Part shown: piece after piece, positions 59,767 to 64,000 of the stretch
Layout: each line of letters starts with the position of its first letter
Numbering within the stretch: position 1 is the stretch's first letter
Notes under the pieces: generated by a model
The model's input: only the letters and a program-made list of their open reading frames with translations
Told to the model about the DNA's origin: nothing
The model's database searches: none
Made by a program: the position numbers and the translations under genes
Source of the DNA: an uncultured bacterium
GTDB taxonomy: Bacteria; Oederibacteriota; JAAXVQ01; JAUVAV01
NCBI GenBank assembly: GCA_963710755.1
Contig: CAVQBK010000013.1
Coordinates: forward strand, 288,001-352,000
Length of the DNA: 64,000 nt
Direction: 5' to 3'

Positions 59767-60497
59767 TACTCTTCAACGTAAAGGAATCGTGCGCAATTGC
59801 TGCAGGTGTGAAGTTCGCGGTATTTTTTAAGTTCGATAAACATCTGGGGGGGGATGGCCATACGGCAGCCCGTGCAGACATCATTTTCCACTTTGGCCAT
59901 GGCGTTACCGCCACGAGCTTCTTTTAATTTTACATAGCGTTCCAGAAGGTGGTGGTTAAGCTTGGCCGAAGCGGTTTCCCACTGCGATTGAAACTCCGAT
60001 TTTTTAGTTTCCAAGCCCTGGACTTCCTGGGCACTGACTTGCTGGGCCGCTGTGAGTGCCTGTTGCGCAGCTTTTAAATCAGCTTCCGCTTTTTTAAGGT
60101 CCACTTTTAATTCATCTTCCGCCATCATCATTTCAATGATGCGCTCTTCCAAAGCACTGTTTTCTTCATTTTTTTGGGCGATTTCCGATTGCAGAGCCCG
60201 GAGGGCCTCGTTGGTTTTCACGTCGAAAAGCTGGCCTTTTAATTTAGAGGCCTGCTCCTGCAATTGTTTAGAAGTGGTCTCTGCTTCCCGTTTATCCTTG
60301 AGCAGTTTATCCATTTCCAGTTTAACTTTATCCAGCGCTGCCTGCGCTTCATTGACATGTTCTTCTTCTGTATGCGTCTTATGGGCCAGCGCATCGATTT
60401 GCGCCTGCACACCATTGATGTCATTATCAATAGTCTGAAGAAAGATCATGGCTTTGATTTGTTCTCTCATGCCATTACTGCTTTGAGGTTGATCCAC
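59766..60497 (-). CDS. Coiled-coil protein with C4-type zinc ribbon (DUF164-like)
   Basis: Long coiled coil; CTGC and CSNCARFL; GGGAGG RBS before GTG. Confidence 0.92.
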   Translation of the reverse strand: MDQPQSSNGMREQIKAMIFLQTIDNDINGVQAQIDALAHKTHTEEEHVNEAQAALDKVKLEMDKLLKDKREAETTSKQLQEQASKLKGQLFDVKTNEALRALQSEIAQKNEENSALEERIIEMMMAEDELKVDLKKAEADLKAAQQALTAAQQVSAQEVQGLETKKSEFQSQWETASAKLNHHLLERYVKLKEARGGNAMAKVENDVCTGCRMAIPPQMFIELKKYRELHTCSNCARFLYVEE

Positions 60498-60916
60498 CTC
60501 TTTGCCTCCCTTACTGACCCAACGGTAATGCCATACCCTGATTTTCTTTTATTTCCAAGGAAATTTTCCCGTGTCAGTGTTTATATAGGTCCAGCTCACG
60601 CGGAGACAGTGGTCAGGGACCACCAAAAGCATCCGCTTTTTAGGGGGTGATCATACAATAGGTCAAGGTTGACCGTCAAGACCAAATATGCCGCCGTGCA
60701 ACAGCTACTGGTCAAAATCATAACTCCTGATTTAACAGCCCTGGATAATTTAAGGTTTGCTGCTAAGGTTCACCATATACCAAAGTTGGCCACCCATGGT
60801 ATTTCGGATTTTAAGGGACAGGACGGTGCCGGATCATTTTTTTAACGTTGCCATTGCTTGACTGTTTCCAAAAAGAAAACGTCATGATTACCGGCCAGAG
60901 CCGCAGGGACGCGACC

Positions 60917-61687
60917 TCAACTCAATTTATGACAGATATAAATGAAATGGGAACTTAAGGAGCGGGGAAAGAATTTGACCAACAGGGAGAAGCTCCATTG
61001 CTTGAAACGCACGATCCAGTCGGTATGGTCCGTCGAGACTATTTGTTGTTGGTGATTGAAGCGCACATCCCCCACCATCAGATGGGCATTGCGAAGCTTG
61101 GTTTTCCACTTTTCAAAGGAATAAAAAGCATCCAGTCCTTGGTCAGCCAGAATAATGCGTTCACTGCGAAAGGCGCCATAATCACCATTAGGCAGGACAA
61201 TGCAGGCCCGGCCGCCTGGTTTCAACACCCGGTATATTTCCTGCAGGCCTTGGTCAGGATCGAGGAAAAACTCCATCACCCCAAAACAGGTGACCAAATC
61301 AAAACAATTTTGGTCAAAGGGGATGGCTTGGGGACTTCCCAGGACAATAGTAGCCTCGGGAGCATTCTTTTGACTAACAGCCGCAGCTTCCGGTTTGGTT
61401 TCAATGCCCGTGGCCTGCAGGTTCAGCTGCCGGGCCAACATCAGCACCTGGCCGTCACCGCAGCCGATATCCAAGAGGCTCATATCCTGATGTGGGTGCA
61501 TTAATCTCAAAAGACGCTGATAATCACAATCATAAGCCAGCCACTGATTCAAGTTGGCTTCATAATCATGCCCGCTCCAGGAGGTAATTGGATTTCCTCG
61601 GCCATGTAATCGTGGCATACCCAGCCATCCTTTCGGTTTTTCCCATAACCCAAGGATCGGCTGAGAGCACTTGCCCGTAAAGGCCAA
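60917..61687 (-). CDS. Class I SAM-dependent methyltransferase (start may be 61618)
   Basis: LLDIGCGDG, IPFDQNCFDLV, EIYRVLKPGG. Confidence 0.88.
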   Translation of the reverse strand: MAFTGKCSQPILGLWEKPKGWLGMPRLHGRGNPITSWSGHDYEANLNQWLAYDCDYQRLLRLMHPHQDMSLLDIGCGDGQVLMLARQLNLQATGIETKPEAAAVSQKNAPEATIVLGSPQAIPFDQNCFDLVTCFGVMEFFLDPDQGLQEIYRVLKPGGRACIVLPNGDYGAFRSERIILADQGLDAFYSFEKWKTKLRNAHLMVGDVRFNHQQQIVSTDHTDWIVRFKQWSFSLLVKFFPRSLSSHFIYICHKLS

Positions 61688-61701
61688 AAGCGTGCTTACA
61701 C

Positions 61702-61944
61702 TTACATGGAGACGGTTTTAATCTCCAGCTCAGGAATGGCGGCCAAGGCGGCGGTCATTTTCTCCACGGCACTGCGGTCGGGTTTAACCTGAAGAATTAT
61801 CAATCCATCATTAGAACAGGTACTCTCCGTAATCTCATGAATACCCAGACGCACGGCGATATTGCAACCGTATTCAGTTAAAACCTTCTGAACCTCAGGA
61901 GCGTGATTGGCGCGGGCTTTGACTTTTATCAATACCAATTCCAT
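61702..61944 (-). CDS. TM1266-like 'iron-only hydrogenase system regulator' (ACT-like)
   Basis: APEVQKVLTEYGCNIAVRLGIHE...CSNDGLIIL; AGGAGG RBS. Confidence 0.8.
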   Translation of the reverse strand: MELVLIKVKARANHAPEVQKVLTEYGCNIAVRLGIHEITESTCSNDGLIILQVKPDRSAVEKMTAALAAIPELEIKTVSM

Positions 61945-61993
61945 AATAGTACCTCCTTTAAATTGATCACAAGGGTCACGGTCCTAGTTTTTT

Positions 61994-62410
61994 TCAGGAG
62001 CGGTAATACAGATTGTACAGCCCATTGGCGACCAGTCCCCATACGGCATTCAATAGAATGATGACTACGAATACCCAGGCCCCATGCCCTGCTCCCCACC
62101 AACCCCAACCATGACGGGGATAATAAACCAGAAGCGTATAGGCACTGGGTATAAGACCCAGCAGGATGCCCTTGCCGATCCCTTTGGCCCTAAATAATGG
62201 GGATAGAACCACCAATAGCAGTCCCCATAAGGAACCACTAACCAGACGATGGGCCAGATAGGGCCAGTTCAAATGAATCGTACCCATGGCCGCGCCCAGC
62301 CAATGGAACAGTCCGGTGCGAAAACCCATCCAGGCGGCAAGAGCGTAAGCCAAGCCTCCCAAGGCTCCTGCAAAATAGGCGATGGCCATGCGGCGTAAGC
62401 TTTCTTTCAT
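61994..62410 (-). CDS. Small membrane protein (about four TM helices), function unknown
   Basis: FAGALGG, RLVSGSLWG, PSAYTLLVYYP, NAVWG; GAGG upstream. Confidence 0.75.
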   Translation of the reverse strand: MKESLRRMAIAYFAGALGGLAYALAAWMGFRTGLFHWLGAAMGTIHLNWPYLAHRLVSGSLWGLLLVVLSPLFRAKGIGKGILLGLIPSAYTLLVYYPRHGWGWWGAGHGAWVFVVIILLNAVWGLVANGLYNLYYRS

Positions 62411-62701
62411 GATCATTGGTCCTCAATAAAGGAGATGTGGTCTCCGGCAAACCCGGAAAACCCGATTGGATTAATACTGCTGAAAATTATATGCTGAACT
62501 TGATAAAAGAACAAGATGGGAAATGGTGGTGTATCGCATCAATCATGGTCCTGACAGGACTGATGCGTTACGAAGTTGTTGAACAACAAACATAGACGAC
62601 TACGTTCCGTTTTCGATTTTGGACTTCTGCTTCACCGCAAGCTTTTCAGGACCATGCGTGAAGGCTTTCGCAGACAGGTGGCTTTCCGGCCGTTAGTTAT
62701 T

Positions 62702-62740
62702 GCGAAGCCCTGTCCTTGTCTGGCAAAGACAGGGCTTCGC
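62702..62740 (-). terminator. Strong hairpin just downstream of the tRNA
   Basis: Perfect 13-bp arms GCGAAGCCCTGTC / GACAGGGCTTCGC; no U-tract, so terminator status is uncertain. Confidence 0.5.
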
Positions 62741-62755
62741 GGGTGGTCATTAGCC

Positions 62756-62831
<76 letters not shown>

Positions 62832-62926
62832 GAAATCTTGCTCCGCAAAATTTCAAAGCAATCGAGTGTTGGAGATTGCTGGAAAGAATATACTCGATTG
62901 CGGTCAATTTTCGATTCTCGAGATCT

Positions 62927-64000
62927 TTAATCCAAATAACCTTTCAATTTCCGGCTTCGGGAAGGATGGCGAAGCTTTCTCAACGCTTTGGCTTCAATTT
63001 GTCTCACCCGTTCCCGGGTGACATTAAAAATATTACCGACTTCTTCCAGGGTATGAGGATAACCGTCGCCAATGCCAAAGCGCAGACGAAGCACTTCCGC
63101 CTCCCGGTCTTTTAAGGTGTGCAAAATCTTGCCAATCTGCTCCTGCAACAGCAAAAAGGCCGCAGCATTGGCCGGCGAAACCACATCTTTGTCTTCCAAA
63201 AAATCACCCAAATGGGAATCCTTTTCTTCCCCAATGGGGGTTTCCAGGGAAATAGGTTGCTGGGCGATTTTTAAAATGCCTCTTACTTTTTCCACCGGCA
63301 TTTCCATGCGTTTGGCGATTTCCTCGGGCATGGGTTCGCGGCCCTGCATCTGAACCAAGTCACGCGATACTTTGATTAATTTGTTAATGGTTTCAATCAT
63401 ATGCACTGGAATACGAATGGTGCGGGCTTGATCGGCAATAGCCCGGGTAATAGCCTGTCTGATCCACCAAGTGGCATAGGTCGAAAATTTATAACCCCGT
63501 TGATATTCGAATCGTTCCACCGCCCGCATCAGTCCGATATTGCCTTCCTGAATCAGATCGAGAAATTGCAGGCCGCGGTTGGTATATTTCTTGGCAATTG
63601 ATACCACCAGCCTCAGATTAGCTTCCACCAGTTCCATGCGAGCTTTATAGGCCGCAGCTTCACCTTCTTCAATTTCTTTGGCCACGGCGATTAAATCACT
63701 GGTGTGCATTTCTGCCACCTGTTCCAGTTTATGCATTTGCTTTTGTTCTTCCAAATAGGCGTTAATCAGATGTTCCCAATCTTCGGCTTTGACTTTGGTA
63801 TCCCGTTCCAGTTTCTTCTTTTCCTTGGGGGAACTTTTCAGAATCTTCTGGATTTGTTTGACGTCGTCTTCATTAATACGCCGTCTATGCAACAGCCTGT
63901 CCATGTTCCGTTTGGTGGTTTTGACACGGTCTACAAACTCCTTGATTTTCCCGATCAAATCGGCCAATTCGTCCTGATTTAAGTTCACGTTTTTTAAAGC
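62927..64000 (-). CDS. rpoD: Primary sigma factor RpoD, 5' part outside the window
   Basis: [61 protein letters not shown]. Confidence 0.98.
   Translation of the reverse strand, partial: ALKNVNLNQDELADLIGKIKEFVDRVKTTKRNMDRLLHRRRINEDDVKQIQKILKSSPKEKKKLERDTKVKAEDWEHLINAYLEEQKQMHKLEQVAEMHTSDLIAVAKEIEEGEAAAYKARMELVEANLRLVVSIAKKYTNRGLQFLDLIQEGNIGLMRAVERFEYQRGYKFSTYATWWIRQAITRAIADQARTIRIPVHMIETINKLIKVSRDLVQMQGREPMPEEIAKRMEMPVEKVRGILKIAQQPISLETPIGEEKDSHLGDFLEDKDVVSPANAAAFLLLQEQIGKILHTLKDREAEVLRLRFGIGDGYPHTLEEVGNIFNVTRERVRQIEAKALRKLRHPSRSRKLKGYLD

Noticed and set aside
60498-60916. RNase P RNA, often near zinc-ribbon genes
   Set aside because: No GAGGAAAGTCC or CAGAACCCGGCTTA signature seen.

Overview
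Chromosomal window, almost all on the minus strand, from a diderm (Kdo/Lpt genes), probably anaerobic bacterium (four-subunit pyruvate:ferredoxin oxidoreductase, TM1266-type regulator). The gene content suggests a candidate-phylum lineage such as FCPU426/Firestonebacteria/Goldbacteria (inference only). Housekeeping genes: ahcY (truncated), lgt, xth, ABC-F, phoB-phoR-porin-phoU, porCDAB, dnaX-ebfC-recR, aroQ, lptCAB, lpxL-like, kdsC, kdsD, tRNA-Ile2 and rpoD (truncated). Most notable: (1) a tightly coupled operon encoding a giant repeat protein with a T9SS-like/FlgD-Ig C-terminal domain, a PorV-like barrel, a TPR-TM-HEAT protein and a receiver, followed by an HDOD gene; (2) a second protein with the same C-terminal domain, built as a beta-propeller on a Thr/Pro stalk; (3) a 20-kb glycosylation locus with a double O-antigen-ligase/TPR fusion and four GT-C-like proteins, part of it broken by clustered single-base indels that look like sequencing errors; (4) a three-copy MITE-like family and a second 3'-end repeat; (5) 11-bp-periodic Pho-box-like repeats. 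No CRISPR, rRNA, transposase or integrase was seen. All assignments come from reading motifs by eye; no searches were run.
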